Positions 63,439-64,000 of a DNA stretch of 64,000 bases are shown in pieces (position 1 is the stretch's first letter; each line of letters starts with the position of its first letter). Made by a program: the position numbers and the translations under genes. The stretch is from assembly GCA_964586595.1 (NCBI GenBank), contig CAZPHB010000010.1, positions 3,995 through 67,994 on the forward strand, written 5' to 3'. Origin of the DNA: an uncultured Flavobacteriaceae bacterium (GTDB taxonomy: Bacteria; Bacteroidota; Bacteroidia; NS11-12g; UBA955). Below the pieces are notes generated by a model. The model had not been told where the DNA came from, made no database searches, and saw only the letters and a program-made list of their open reading frames with translations.

Positions 63439-63470
63439 TGCCTTGCCACGGTTTAAACCGTGGCAAGGCA
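63439..63470. repeat. perfect 32-bp palindrome centred on GGTTTAAACC
   Basis: TGCCTTGCCACGGTTT|AAACCGTGGCAAGGCA, 16 nt downstream of the stop of 63486..63944. Arms resemble those of the 59103 palindrome (GCCT.GC.CA.GGTTTAAACC). Confidence 0.9.
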
Positions 63471-63485
63471 AGGCCGTACAACGTA

Positions 63486-63944
63486 TTAGTTCACCTTCAA
63501 ACGCTTCCACACATCGGTGCGGCCGAAGGTCTGAATGCCAATATACCCGCGGATGTCCAGCGTGTTGGCATCTTTCATTTTAATCACGCAGTTGTAGGTG
63601 CTCCCATTCTCCGGGTCGTAGATGGTTCCATCCGACCATTCATTGCTGCCTTTATACGTGAAGTCTTTGAGCATGCGGTACCCTTTCAAGGGTACGCTGC
63701 GCATGTTTACATCAGGATTGTTCTTGTCCACCTTGGGAAGCTTGGTCTGCGGGTCAATGGGTTCGCGCAGCCACACAATCTTACCGTAGTACTTGCCGGC
63801 AATTTTCTCCACTTTTACGCGTGCTTTGCCGTTGCTTGGTTCCCATACGCCAATGAGTCTGTCGCCATCATCGGCGGGGCTGAACGATGCCAGCAGGCCG
63901 ATGCTCAGAATGCTGAGGCAGATGTTTTTGAGGTTCATGATCAT
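63486..63944 (-). CDS. DUF2147 domain exported protein
   Basis: Signal peptide. The LIGVWEPSNGKARVKVEKIAGKYYGKIVWL and GTIYDPENGSTY blocks are typical of DUF2147. Confidence 0.7.
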   Translation of the reverse strand: MIMNLKNICLSILSIGLLASFSPADDGDRLIGVWEPSNGKARVKVEKIAGKYYGKIVWLREPIDPQTKLPKVDKNNPDVNMRSVPLKGYRMLKDFTYKGSNEWSDGTIYDPENGSTYNCVIKMKDANTLDIRGYIGIQTFGRTDVWKRLKVN

Positions 63945-64000
63945 TTGAAGATTTTAGGAGTTGATGTTATTCTTTAACAGTGATGCGAAAGCGGAAGTTT

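Overview
This 64 kb window looks like a Bacteroidota chromosome segment. The evidence is T9SS C-terminal sorting domains, an Omp28-like lipoprotein, YfhO and DUF-type envelope genes, and TAnnTTTG -7 promoter boxes. It is densely coded, mostly with housekeeping genes: xerD, pepN-like M1 aminopeptidase, purE, pssA, tsaB, pabA/trpG, dxs, prmC, dprA, adk, tRNA-Asn and tRNA-Phe. Five stretches stand out.

1. 59.1-63.5 kb holds a tightly coupled three-gene cassette of unknown function: a 3-TM membrane protein, an Amidohydro_2-like hydrolase and an expanded M19-dipeptidase-like hydrolase. Its GC is lower than the flanks. It has a 490 bp AT-rich leader region with a TTGACT-N16-TATAAT promoter that is atypical for this phylum. 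It is bracketed by two related perfect palindromes centred on GGTTTAAACC.
2. 25.8-28.5 kb is a roughly one-third-GC islet. It carries a single AIPR-family abortive-infection gene next to a decayed IS3 element.
3. 16.5-24.0 kb is a six-gene minus-strand operon: LTD lipoprotein, DcuC transporter, isoaspartyl dipeptidase, porin, M14 carboxypeptidase, porin. It looks like an envelope-spanning beta-aspartyl/acidic peptide scavenging system.
4. 8.3-12.4 kb holds two tandem paralogous T9SS cargo proteins. One has a recent internal (A-B)x2 module duplication.
5. 24.86-24.93 kb holds an unexplained pair of TGCTTATT-N17-AATAAGCA dyads in a gap between convergent genes.

I saw no CRISPR array, rRNA or intact prophage. 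All family calls come from motif recognition by eye. No database search or computation was run.
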